From: an uncultured bacterium | GTDB lineage: Bacteria; Babelota; Babeliae; Babelales; RVW-14 | Assembly (NCBI GenBank): GCA_963759805.1 | Contig: CAVXAT010000005.1 | Location: 67,585-131,584, forward strand | Direction of reading: 5' to 3' | DNA: 64,000 nt | In this document: one piece after another, positions 37,798-48,811 of the stretch | How positions within the stretch are numbered: position 1 is the stretch's first letter | Layout of the letters: the number at the start of each line of letters is the position of its first letter | Translations under genes and position numbers: made by a program | Notes under the pieces: model-generated | Told to the model about the DNA's origin: nothing | The model's input: only the letters and a program-made list of their open reading frames with translations | The model's database searches: none

Positions 37798-38592
37798 TTA
37801 AAGCAACACCAACTCGCCCTCTCTCTCAATAATCTCCCCAACCTTTTCGGCATCCTGTGGACTGTCGACACTCCACATCGTGTGGCCCTTTGCATCGACA
37901 ACAACAACTTTTATTTTTATGCCATTTTCAAGCATTCTAAGCTGTTCTAAACTTTCAATCTTCTCCAATGGAGACTGTGGCAAGTTAACAAATTCTTTAA
38001 GCGCATCGTAGCGATATCCATACATGCCAACGTGCTTGAATACAGGCGACATTAAACTCTTTTCATTTCGATTTCTTACAAACGGAATTACGTTTTTGGA
38101 AAAATAAAGAGCATCGCCGTTTTTATCAAAGGTAACTGTCGTACCGCTGCTCTTGCTGGTAGCTTTTGATTTGACCAGATCATCGTACTGCACCCAAGTT
38201 AAATGTGTTGCCAATGTAGCCATTTTGGTATTTGAATCATTAACCAACGCGTCTACCAAACTCTGGATAATCCAAGGTGGCGTCAAAACGGCATCACCCT
38301 GCAGGTTAATAATGATATCCGGCTTTTGTGGCAACTGTTCAATTGCGCCAAAAACACGGTCAGTCCCTGTTGGATAATCTGATGCTGTCATGAGCACCTG
38401 CGCCCCAAAATCTTGCGCATGTTTTTGAATTCTTTGATCATCTGTTGCAATAAAAACTTCATCAATATTTTGCGCATTTTTTGCAAGCATCCACACACGA
38501 TAAAGTAGGCTATGGCCTTTGATTTGAACCAATGGTTTGCCGAGAAGACGTGTCGATCCGTACCTGGCCGGAATTACGATTATATTTTTCAT
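37798..38592 (-). CDS. kdsB: 3-deoxy-manno-octulosonate cytidylyltransferase
   Basis: VIPARYGSTRLLGKPL, TGTDRV, INLQGD, ALYFS, HVGMYGY, LEKIESLEQLRMLENG. Confidence 0.96.
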   Translation of the reverse strand: MKNIIVIPARYGSTRLLGKPLVQIKGHSLLYRVWMLAKNAQNIDEVFIATDDQRIQKHAQDFGAQVLMTASDYPTGTDRVFGAIEQLPQKPDIIINLQGDAVLTPPWIIQSLVDALVNDSNTKMATLATHLTWVQYDDLVKSKATSKSSGTTVTFDKNGDALYFSKNVIPFVRNRNEKSLMSPVFKHVGMYGYRYDALKEFVNLPQSPLEKIESLEQLRMLENGIKIKVVVVDAKGHTMWSVDSPQDAEKVGEIIEREGELVLL

Positions 38593-38782
38593 AAGTTGAT
38601 TGGTCCCATAAAATAGTGCTTAAAACACACAGCCTTTAAATTTTAGTTCACCCAAAATAAGCTGAATTTTCAAGCTGAATTTATAAAATATTTTTTACTT
38701 TAAACGTTGATTTCCCTTATTTTATCGCTATATTTCTAATCTGCATAGGGGGGAAGGTAACAGCGACTTTTGGGGAACTTAA

Positions 38783-38992
38783 GTGGAAACAAATACGCAA
38801 CAAACTAACGTTAAAAACGCACAACAAACCAACAGTAAAAATTTCTATTATTTTTCATATGATACCGGATACGAAGAAATTTACGAATCTAGCTACGGTG
38901 CCAGCTTCATCTTCGTAGATGAAGACGAAGAGGCACCGGATTTCGATTTTGATTCGATATTTCCATCAGGCGATATGCCTGGAATGAGCTAA
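38783..38992 (+). CDS. small acidic aromatic-rich protein (69 aa)
   Basis: GTG start with GGGGA RBS; its duplicated 3' part differs only by two synonymous changes. Confidence 0.65.
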   Translation: METNTQQTNVKNAQQTNSKNFYYFSYDTGYEEIYESSYGASFIFVDEDEEAPDFDFDSIFPSGDMPGMS

Positions 38993-39074
38993 CCACATGC
39001 TAAGTAGCGCCAGCTCGATAACTATAGTTAAAGACAAAACATCCCATAGATATTCATAGAAACCTAACTCGTCT

Positions 39075-39428
39075 TTATCTGTGAACATACCCATGACTAG
39101 CACCCACGGTGTCAACGCTGACGCATCCGATTTTTCTCGTACGTGATGATTTTGGTTTAACATTAATAGTCACATCTTGGCCAAGTTTATTTAAAAATCT
39201 AAACAATCTTTCCAATGAAAAACCAGAAAGCTTTCCGCTTACGAGGGCTGAGATTTTAGGTTGATCTATTCCAAGAGTAAGCGCCGCTTGCTCTTGGGTA
39301 AGCTTCTTTTCCTTAATAATATCGGAAATCTTTTGAGCCAATTCTGATTTAGCTAAAAGTTCTTCTGGATTAGGCAGATTTAAGTCTGCGAAAACATTTC
39401 CACTACTACGTTCAAATTTCTTTTCCAT
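39075..39428 (-). CDS. XRE-family HTH antitoxin (HigA2-like)
   Basis: SSGNVFADL..LTQEQAA..LGIDQPKIS..FSLERL. Confidence 0.9.
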   Translation of the reverse strand: MEKKFERSSGNVFADLNLPNPEELLAKSELAQKISDIIKEKKLTQEQAALTLGIDQPKISALVSGKLSGFSLERLFRFLNKLGQDVTINVKPKSSRTRKIGCVSVDTVGASHGYVHR

Positions 39429-39780
39429 TTTCTAACTCCTTATAAATTTTCTGTGCTTCTTTAAGCCGTTTTTTAATTAAATCAATATCCTTTTGAGGTG
39501 TTGCTATTCCATGCTTTGATTTTTTTTGAAATGCATGAAGCACAAATATAGCCTTAGGCATTTTCACTGTATAAACGACTCGAAACGTTCCCGATGTATC
39601 ATTTTCAATTATTTCGACTACACTTGCCCCGGAAAAACCTTTAAGCACTTTTGCGTGAACATGCTGCTTGCCATTTTGGGCAAGACAAAGAGCGTACCCC
39701 ATGCTATGTTTAACCTCGCGAGGGAAATCACTTAAATCATATTTGCTTGATCCAACCCAGATTAAAGGTTTTAGCTTCAT
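39412..39780 (-). CDS. RelE/ParE-superfamily toxin (Gp49/HigB-like)
   Basis: WVGSSKYDL..FP, FRVVY, VLHAFQKKS..IATP..DIDLIKKRL; overlaps the antitoxin, toxin first. Confidence 0.9.
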   Translation of the reverse strand: MKLKPLIWVGSSKYDLSDFPREVKHSMGYALCLAQNGKQHVHAKVLKGFSGASVVEIIENDTSGTFRVVYTVKMPKAIFVLHAFQKKSKHGIATPQKDIDLIKKRLKEAQKIYKELENGKEI

Positions 39781-39995
39781 AAAGCGCTTCCATATGTAGG
39801 CGATATAAGAACGTTTTATGCTATATTTAGTATATCAGCAAAACATGTAAGTACAAGTGATACCGGATACGAAGAGATTTACGAATCTAGCTACGGTGCC
39901 AGCTTCATCTTCGTAGATGAAGACGAAGAGGCACCGGATTTCGATTTTGATTCGATATTTCCATCAGGCGACATGCCTGGAATGAGCTAACGCGT

Positions 39996-42900
39996 CTAGT
40001 CCGTCGCGTATGATACAATTCCGTTAACAATTACCAGGCCGCTTCCAAGCACATTTGCATCAACTAAACTTTCTATACTTAACCCGTTGGCGCTCTGGCG
40101 ATTTATGTTAATTAAATTATCCACCTCAAACACAGCTATCTGCGGCGCATTTGTATCAACATTATAAGCGCCTACTGCCAGAAATTTACTGTCAGGCCGC
40201 CAAGCAAGTGACCCGATACTAAAAATTCCATTTATTTTTTGATAATAAAAATTAGGATTTTGCATGTTAAAGTCATCTACTGCAAGATAGCCAAAATTAT
40301 TTGCAGCTCCATTGCTGGCGGTATTTGCAATCTTTGTACCATCCGGACTAAACTTCACATTGGTGTCCAAGAAATTAACGTTAGATGATCCAACGTAATT
40401 GCCCCATGTGTTTATCTGCTCAAGTAAGCTACCTGTGAAATAAAGAATTCCATAAGATAAAGGATTGTAGTTGTCGTTGTATGTTACGGCAATATATCTG
40501 TCATCAAATTGCCAATTGACGCTCAACAGAGCAGTAGCGCCACTCAGCCCATTCCAACTTGCTCTTTGAACCAGACTGTTACTGTTTTGAAACTCAAATA
40601 CTGTTAAACCGGTACCGGTTGTTGGGCATAAAGATAAATCGAACTTTGTGGCCGGTTGACCCAAACAAGTCCCAACAGCCAAATATTTGCCGTCAGGGCT
40701 CCAGCTAAGTCCTGCAGGAGTTAGGTTGTTGCTATAATAAACAAAGTTGCGCCCTACAACCGGAGCTAATCTTATTCCATCAAAAGAGTAAATTCTCAAG
40801 TTTGTTCCGGCAAGAAATCCTCCAACCGACGCGGTGTTATAGCAACCCAGCGCAAGGTACTCTCCGCTTGGATGCCATGCCAAGCTGTACAATGCTGCAG
40901 CGTTTGCTCCGGATGTTGGACCCAGTGGGACACTTGTTATTGCAGACATAGCGCTATCCACAAACGAATATATTCTAACTTGATCAAAATTATTGAATCC
41001 ACCGGCTCCATAAGTAGGATTAATTCCACCAAGCGCTAAATAATCACCATCAGGACGCCAGGACATTGCGCTAACTGTGGTATTAGCTGCTGTTCCATAA
41101 CTTTCACTTGCATTTGCATACAATGCATTATTTCCACCACCAAAACGATAAACTCTTATCTGATCTGTGTTGCTAAATCCACCAACAACTGCGCCGGCCC
41201 CATGTCCTGCAACTGCCAGATAATTTCCTCCGGGATGCCAATCAATGGAAAACACACCGTCAACTGATGATGTATAATTAGTTGTATAATTTTGGCTGGC
41301 AACAAGTGCAGGACTTACACCCTCCAAAGAGTTAACATTTATACCATTATTCAGGCTTGTTGCAAATAAAATACCGTTAGGATTCCATGCTGATGCGTAC
41401 TGCGCAGAACTGATTGCTGCATGACTCATCTGCTTTAGTTCGCTCAATATTATGTCAGCCGTCGAATCAAAAACATAGATATCACTGGACCATTTTCCTG
41501 ATCCGGGGTTGATTCCACTGTAAAGTAAAAGTTGATTAGCCGAACCCCAGCTCAAATTTTGGATTTGAATGTAATCTGTGCTTGCCGTTTCTACCGGAGC
41601 GGCAAAGGTTAAAAATGTAAGTGGAGGAGTAGACGGAATATTTGCAGGATTAAATTGATAGATAGCTAAATTTTGAATTGATGTTGCGTAACTGCTGTAA
41701 CTTCCACCACCAACTGCCAAAAACTGGCTGTCACTAGTCCAAGCAATAGAATTAATTGAAGTGGTAGTAGCAGTATCAAAGCTGATTGTTTGAATTGACT
41801 TTAATGAATTAGTAACAGGGTCAAGACTGAAGAGTTTTAAATTGCAACTTCCTGAGGTCTGGTATCCACCAACAGCCAGATAAGTTCCACTAAAATCCCA
41901 TTGGGCAGCATTTACACTTCGGCCAAATGGATAGCTGGTAACGGTGGTTAATGTATCTTGTATCGAATCAAAGTGGTAAATTCTTAAATTATTATTATCA
42001 CTAAAACCTCCAACAGGAAGAGCTCCCATTCCTCCAACTGCCAAATAGTAGTTATCAAGTCCACCCCAATCAATTGAGCTAATCGTTGCGGTGCTCCCAA
42101 AATCAACACTTGCAACCGGATTATTACTCAGATTAAGTGTCGCCGGATTAAAATAATAAATTCTTAAACTATTATTATTAGTAAAACCGCCTGTAATCCC
42201 TGCCCCAGCTCCACCAACTGCCAAATATTTACCGTCAGGACTCCAAACCGCCGAGTAAACAATTGAAGACAAAGACCCATACTTTACAGTATCCAGTTGA
42301 GATAAAGTTGTTGAACTCAATTGATAAATTTGCACCTGATTTGTATTTCCACTAACCGCCTGCCCGGAAGCAGCTAGATACTGCCCTGTAAAATCCCAAT
42401 CCAAAGAACGCAAAGATATGTTGATATTATTTGTATTTAAAGTAAATACACTTGTGTTAAACATAGTCCCAACATCAAAATTGACTTGATTTTCAAAGAA
42501 CATCTGTCCATCCGTCAAGCTTAAGCCTGTCGGAGTAACCTGAAAAGTAGAACCGTCAAAATAGATAGTAGAGGTAGGATCTTGTTGAACAATTAGCCCA
42601 TTATTTGTACTTGCAGGATTATAAAAAAAGGTCGTTCCCTTATCAAATAACAGTGTACTATTTGGAGCTATATAACTTGATTGTGGTGAACAGTAAAGAA
42701 ATTTTGAACTGCCTGAATATAAGACATTGTTATTAAAGAACATATGCCCACGATTAAACCAAAAGTCATCAGCAAATCTGAGATTTACACCATCCAGAGT
42801 AATAGTGCTGTCAGACCCATTTGCCGCAATTGCCGGTCTTTGCGATGTATTAATCGCATTTTCAATAATTAAATTTCTTAACGTTAACGTTGCATGTGTA

Positions 42901-43319
42901 TCCGTTAAAATTTGTGCAAAATTATCAATGAATAGAGTATGGCCGTTGCCCTCTATCAATAAGGTTGATGTAATTTTTAACGTGGTCATAGCAGGAATTG
43001 TTAAGTCACCATTCATAATCATTGAATAACCATTGCCTTGAACCGTGCAGCTCACGCTGGATAAAAAACCGGATGCAAGTTCAAAATTGTCATCCATTAT
43101 AAGAACATTATTGGTTGAATTAACAAAATCAATGTTGTTTAAATTATTTATGATGCCAAGATCTAGCTCGTTATATGTTCCCGTATTTTTTATTCGAATT
43201 TCTGAGCTGGCATTTTGCAAAATAAACTCAGATTCATTATTTGAAAAATTTAATGTCGCATGTGCAACACAAACCATTAACAAACAAACAGCTAAACCAA
43301 TTAATTTTAATATTCTCAT
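39996..43319 (-). CDS. secreted solenoid plus WD40-like beta-propeller protein
   Basis: Signal peptide; LDGVNL/FSG-type solenoid N-terminus; about 14 W-x-P-x-G-x-YLAVG repeats. Confidence 0.85.
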   Translation of the reverse strand: MRILKLIGLAVCLLMVCVAHATLNFSNNESEFILQNASSEIRIKNTGTYNELDLGIINNLNNIDFVNSTNNVLIMDDNFELASGFLSSVSCTVQGNGYSMIMNGDLTIPAMTTLKITSTLLIEGNGHTLFIDNFAQILTDTHATLTLRNLIIENAINTSQRPAIAANGSDSTITLDGVNLRFADDFWFNRGHMFFNNNVLYSGSSKFLYCSPQSSYIAPNSTLLFDKGTTFFYNPASTNNGLIVQQDPTSTIYFDGSTFQVTPTGLSLTDGQMFFENQVNFDVGTMFNTSVFTLNTNNINISLRSLDWDFTGQYLAASGQAVSGNTNQVQIYQLSSTTLSQLDTVKYGSLSSIVYSAVWSPDGKYLAVGGAGAGITGGFTNNNSLRIYYFNPATLNLSNNPVASVDFGSTATISSIDWGGLDNYYLAVGGMGALPVGGFSDNNNLRIYHFDSIQDTLTTVTSYPFGRSVNAAQWDFSGTYLAVGGYQTSGSCNLKLFSLDPVTNSLKSIQTISFDTATTTSINSIAWTSDSQFLAVGGGSYSSYATSIQNLAIYQFNPANIPSTPPLTFLTFAAPVETASTDYIQIQNLSWGSANQLLLYSGINPGSGKWSSDIYVFDSTADIILSELKQMSHAAISSAQYASAWNPNGILFATSLNNGINVNSLEGVSPALVASQNYTTNYTSSVDGVFSIDWHPGGNYLAVAGHGAGAVVGGFSNTDQIRVYRFGGGNNALYANASESYGTAANTTVSAMSWRPDGDYLALGGINPTYGAGGFNNFDQVRIYSFVDSAMSAITSVPLGPTSGANAAALYSLAWHPSGEYLALGCYNTASVGGFLAGTNLRIYSFDGIRLAPVVGRNFVYYSNNLTPAGLSWSPDGKYLAVGTCLGQPATKFDLSLCPTTGTGLTVFEFQNSNSLVQRASWNGLSGATALLSVNWQFDDRYIAVTYNDNYNPLSYGILYFTGSLLEQINTWGNYVGSSNVNFLDTNVKFSPDGTKIANTASNGAANNFGYLAVDDFNMQNPNFYYQKINGIFSIGSLAWRPDSKFLAVGAYNVDTNAPQIAVFEVDNLININRQSANGLSIESLVDANVLGSGLVIVNGIVSYATD

Positions 43320-43336
43320 CTCTCTCCTAATTTTTT

Positions 43337-43364
43337 GCGCTCATCCTGAGCCTGTCGAAGGATC
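43337..43364. repeat. palindromic element gcgctcatcctgagcctgtcgaaggat
   Basis: Reverse complement of the copy at about 33376-33401. Confidence 0.8.
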
Positions 43365-43385
43365 ATCTTTCTCCTAACTCCTTTT

Positions 43386-46300
43386 TTATACAACACAGTC
43401 ATAATTTAACAAACCATTAACGTTTACATTAGCCCCCAAAACGTTTACCGTGGCGTCATACGCAGACCCTAGATTTGAATTTCCAAACACCACACCGTTT
43501 GAGATTGCTTGGACAGATCGGTCTGGAACGTTGTTTACTTTAAATACTTGCACTGAAGTTGTACCAAAATCAAATCCAGCAATAAAGCGACCGTCCGGCG
43601 ACCATATGTTTGTAAATAAGAAGTCTCCAGCACTTATGTCACTCCCAACCTGTATTGGGGTCTCCGATCCATTAAATGATAATATTTTTGTCACACCATA
43701 ACTAGTACCTACAGCAATAAATTTACCATCTGGTGACCATGATACTGCAAGTGGACCACTTATTATCACATCCCTACCAACTTTTGTTATGGTACTGGAT
43801 CCATTAAATGAAAACACTTGCACTGTCTCCGAACGGTTGTTGGCTACAGCTATAAATCTTCCATCTGGGGACCATGCAACCGATTCCGAGTTATTCCCGG
43901 TACTCACAGTGCCAATTAGAGTTAATGTATTTAATCCATTAAACGAAAACACTTGCAGTGTACCTGTGATTACAGCTATAAACTTTCCATCTGAGGACCA
44001 TGAAACCGCATTTCCAAAGCCTGGTATAGTTGCACTGATAACTGGAGTTGGTGCACCTGACCCACTAAACGAAAAAATTTGAAACGCACCAGATTCACCT
44101 ACGGCTATAAAATTTCCATCCGGCGACCATGATACTGCTCCTGGATAGTCTAAGTCCGTAACCGTTCCAACTAATGATGGGTTTGCGGTTCCTGTAAAAC
44201 TGTATACATATAATGTATCCCCATTATTGGTAAACGCAAAAAACCTTCCATCAGGTGACCATACGGCTGAATATGGGTTGTATAGTAAGCCCGCAATTGA
44301 TCCAACTAATGATGGATTTCCACTCCCTGTAAAACTATATATTTGTAATGTAGGTTCCTGACCACTAGCAACCATTATAAATCTTCCATTCGGCGACCAT
44401 GATAGTGATGAATTGTTGCCAAGGTAGCCGGGATTAACGCTACCTACCTGTGTTACTATCGAAGGATATTGAATTTGAAAGAATTGAACTTCATCTGAAT
44501 TACTGCTAGTAACAGCAACATGTTCATCATCGGAAGCCCATGACATTGAAGATGGTGCATTTTGAGTGGAAATATCTCCCGTCATTTGAGATGCATTAAA
44601 ATACACGTTAAGCGAATACACCTCCAACAATTGAGCATTTTTGCTAACAACTGCTATAAAATTCCCTGTCGGCGACCATGATGCCGACATAGGGAGAACT
44701 CCGTCGGGAACTATATAAGAGCCAACTTCACTTGGAGCAACTTGAGTTGGAGTGCCGGATCCGTTAAATGAATATATTTGTAGTACATCCGGTTGTCCTC
44801 CAAAACCCCCATTATTAGTAACAAAAACAATAAATCTCCCATCCGGGGACCAAGATATTGAAACTGGGGTACCAACAACAAGAGGACTAGTTACAAGACC
44901 GCCAACTGCAGTTGGGTTACTGGACCCATTAAACGAAAACATTCGAAATGAAACATGTACTAGATTGGCAACTGCTATAAAATTACCTGTTGGAGACCAT
45001 GATACTATACCCGGATCTGATAAGATAGCAGGAGATGTATATGGACTTCCAATGCTAGGCCCCGTAAATGGAAATACCTGTAATGTATTTGAACCGTAGT
45101 TGGCTACAGCTATAAAATTACCTGATGGCGACCATGCCACTGAATAGGGATGAGTGCCAGTAGAGGCGGTATATGTAGCTCCAAATCCAGATCCGGTAAA
45201 TGTAAACACCTGCAATGTATTTGCCCCGTAATTGGCTACTGCTATAAAATTACCCGTTGGAGACCATGATACTGAATATGGCGATGATAAGGTAGCAGGA
45301 GATGTATATGTAGTTCCAAAGCCGGACCCAGTAAATGTAAATACCTGCAATGTATTTGAAACCTCATTAACAACAGCTATAAAATTACCTGTGGGAGCCC
45401 ATGATACTGAATATGGATGAGTGCCTGTAGAAGTTGTATATGGAGCTCCAATGCTAGAACCAGTAAATGGAAATACTTGTAATGAATTTGAAATCTCATT
45501 AACAACAGCTATAAAATTACCTAATGGAGACCATGATACCGAATATGGCGTATTTTGGGTAGATGCGCTTCCACCGACTTGAACGGGGACACTTTGATTA
45601 TAAAACTGTAAAAATTGTACTGTGTTTGAGCTATAATTTATAACGCCAAGAGAACCTCCATCAGGAGTCCATGCCGTAGAAATAGGTTCATAATCTGTAG
45701 GAACTGTATCAATGAGGGTTAGCATGGAATTCGCATCAAAAGAAAATATTTGCACAGTGTTCGAATTACTGTTAGCAACTGATAAAAATATTCCGTTCTG
45801 TGCCCATGACACAGACGAAGGGGTAATCCCTGTGGCACTACTTGCAATTGGCGTGGGAGTACCGGATCCGTTGAAGGAAAAAATTTGCAGTGTATTTGAA
45901 CCTGAACTTGTCACGGCCAGAAGTCTGTCCGCTGGAGCCCAGGCAGCTGAAGAGGGAGAAGTTCCCGTAGGAGCGCTGCTTCCGATTGGGGACAAAGTCC
46001 ACGCTTTGAAAATTCGCAAATTATTTGATCCGGAATTGGTTACGGCGATATAGCCACCGTACAAAGACCATGCTACACATGATGGGCTTGAGCCTAAAGT
46101 AGATTTACTTACCGAAAGAAGAGGAGTCCCCCCACTGAAGTTAAACACTGCTACTGTACTGTCCCCAGAGTTAGCAACTGCTAGCTGCGTACTGGTGTTT
46201 GACCACGAAACTGCAACCGGCGAACTTCCGGTCGCAGCATTGCTGCCGACTTGTGTAAGATATACAGAATCAAAAATCTGTAATGTATTTGAAGCCTGAT

Positions 46301-47343
46301 TTACAACAGCCAAATAGTTTCCGTCAGGAGAATAAGCCACACTTGCGGGCAAATTTCCTGTCGAAATAGTTTGATTAGTATTTACAAAATATGGTTGAGG
46401 CAGGGCAAGTGCACTGTTACTTTTCACCGGACACTGATTTTCAAAATTTACAGTTCCACTTGTAAACCTGCATCCGGTAGGAGTTGCGCACAAAGAAGAT
46501 TGATTAAAATATAAATTAGATGTTGCATCTGACATTAAAATAAAACTGTTTGATGTGTACGTTGGCATTTGGTCAAATCTACAGTCAGTAATAGTTGCAG
46601 GCGTAACAGAAAATGTTGTTCCTACATCAAAATAAAATGTGCTGTCCGGTGTTATAAAACTGTGCTGTGTTGACTGGTAAATAAATGCAGAAGTTCCTGT
46701 TACGGCAACATCTCCATGGACAAACAGTTGCCCCTGACCAAATAAAAAATTCTGTGATAATGCAAACTCAACGTTTTTAAGTGCTAGCTGACTTTTGAAT
46801 GCTGCAAGCCTGATACATGGATCAGAAAAATCGTTATATGTTTGTACAATGCGCATATTTTGCAGTGTAAGCGTCACATTTGTATCGACAAAAATTCTAC
46901 CTCTTTTCCCAAAAACTAAATCTTTGCCTTGCCCGTCAATTATTGTGTTTGAATTTATGTGTAAAACAGAGTTATCAGGAAGTGTTAAGTTACTATTCAG
47001 AAATATCGTGTTTCCATTTCCACTGATTACACCACTGCCGGAAAGTGTGAAATTGGAATCAAGATAAAGATCTTCTTGAAGATCAATGTTCCTGTTCCAC
47101 GTAAATCAAGCCCACCTGAAAATGGAAATTCTATGCTAAAAACAGCAGAGGCATTACTTAAAATTGTTGCCCCTGCATTAAATTTTACAAATCCATTAAC
47201 ATATTGATTATCTTATGAAAGACTTGATTTGATGCTAAATATGAAACTGTTGTTGTTACATCAAATGGAGAAGTTGCAAAAATGTTTGAGAAAAAAAACA
47301 GTACATTTAAAATAAAACATAATAATGTTACTAAAAATTTCAT
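43386..47343 (-). CDS. secreted solenoid plus beta-propeller protein with about 20 SVSWSPxGxFIAV repeats; two 5' frameshifts
   Basis: Manual reading from ATG 47343 gives MKFLVTLLCF (signal peptide). Single-base shifts near 47212 and 47086 join it to ORF 46877-43386. Confidence 0.75.
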
Positions 47344-47364
47344 ACTACTCTACCTATCGACTAA

Positions 47365-48610
47365 CTAATTCACATCCGCATAAGCAAGTACTCCGGACAT
47401 TAAGTCCAAATTACCGCCAGGCAGTATCTCTATATCAAGATCCTTGCCTGCATTCCCATTTCCAAACATTATCCCTTGAGAAACGCTTGTTGCTCCGATG
47501 TTATTAAACTGGTTATAAAGGTAGTTCTGTCCGTTAACTACCAAAGTTCCTGTCGTCAAACGCATTCCTGTCAACGATGAACTCAGTGTACAGCCATTTA
47601 AATAAAGTATTGAGCTATCCTCTGTCATGTAAATTAAATCACGATTGTTAGTTACCAGGGCTGTAGCTAAATGTAATACCCGTATCAATTGTAACAGTAC
47701 GTGAAATGGAGCAGGTCAACGATGACTCATAGTTAAAACCAAAGCCGTAAATACCTGAAATTTTGGAATCAATCAGCTGTAATCCACCATACTTAAATCT
47801 GTAATTATTCGTTAAGAACAGACTACAATTCTGTAAAATAAGGCTGCAGTCATTGTTCAAGTTTGTTACATTTTGCCCTTTCACCCCGTACAGATTCATA
47901 TTATTTATAGTTAACTGTCCGGTTGTTAGATTTATTCCCCCGCCCGAAGTAAACGAAACAGTGTAGCCATATGCATCGATTGAAACAAAGCCTGAAAGAT
48001 TCAATGGGCTTGAAAAGGTTTGATTCTCTATTATTCCTAAGGAGGAGTTTAAAAAGCTTAAGCTAGCACCCGAACCAAGATATATGCCAAATTCGTTGTA
48101 GTTTCCGATAACGGCATTTGCTATTTCAAGTGTTTGACCGGGAGCAATTTTAATTAAATTCTGATACCCCTGTGCCAAATTTATTGCATAACCGTTTCCA
48201 TTTATAAATGTATAATTTGAATTCGCTGACGGCTCTATTACTAAATTTCGATTCGGACCAAGAAATAGATCGTCTGTTAGCTCATAATAATAAGTTTGTA
48301 GGGTTATAGTCCCGGGATTTACGGGTAAGTCCGGTACGGGCGCAGCCGCGTAAGTAACAGTATTATTTCCAGTCCAACTTGGATCCCAATCAAATGGAGA
48401 GTTATTTCCTACCGACTGAACAATTGACTCTCGGCTCCAACCTTTTATTGAATCGGTTTGTCCAAGATATATTTTGCCGCTAGGCAGAACAGCCATTGAT
48501 GAACTGCGATTTGAAAATACTAAACCGCCAAAAAGTGGCATATTTATTAGATACAAAAAACCAACCGCGATACATACAAACGTCATACTTAGTCTGTAAA
48601 ATCCATTCAT
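47365..48610 (-). CDS. secreted solenoid protein of the same family with no propeller; frameshift near 47655
   Basis: ORFs 48610-47648 and 47688-47365 together align with the paralogues (TFSYSP..NNRDLI..SSILYLNG..TGMRLTTG..QGIMFGNG..GVLAY). Confidence 0.75.
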
Positions 48611-48630
48611 TACCTATCTCCCTTTTTTTA

Positions 48631-48803
48631 CCCGTCTTCGCTCTTCCGTCTACGTTAACCGTCTTCGCCAAGGCTACGCCAGTCAAGAAACTACGACGGG
48701 ACACGTCGAGCTACGTCGGGCACGCCCTAGGCTTCGCCCTTCCGCCGTCGCTAACCGTCTTCGCCTAAGGCTACGAACGATCAAGAAGCTATGGCGGACA
48801 AGC
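48631..48803. repeat. nested cluster of GC-rich palindromic elements
   Basis: taaccgtcttcgcc(t)aaggctacg..tcaagaa twice, each inside ccgtc..ctacg/gctatggcggaca arms; ggcttcgccct. Confidence 0.8.
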
Positions 48804-48811
48804 CGAGTTTA

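Larger units (their letters stand above)
34872..37860. repeat. tandem duplication of an ~1.46 kb unit (34872-36325 and 36330-37860)
   Basis: Both units start cgccaccattaaaacagcaattttatgcg and contain promoter region, ankyrin gene, terminator and the kdsB 3' end. Confidence 0.92.
38860..39991. mobile_element. toxin-antitoxin cassette bounded by 134-bp direct repeats (38860-38993 and 39858-39991)
   Basis: Repeats match at all but two positions; no integrase or transposase inside. Confidence 0.75.

Noticed and set aside
38860..39991. Prophage or IS element around the TA pair
   Set aside because: No integrase, transposase, terminal inverted repeats or phage genes in the window.
44980..45570. 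Regularly spaced acagctataaaattacc repeats as a possible CRISPR or DGR template
   Set aside because: Spacing equals one propeller blade in frame; no reverse transcriptase or adenine-specific variation seen.
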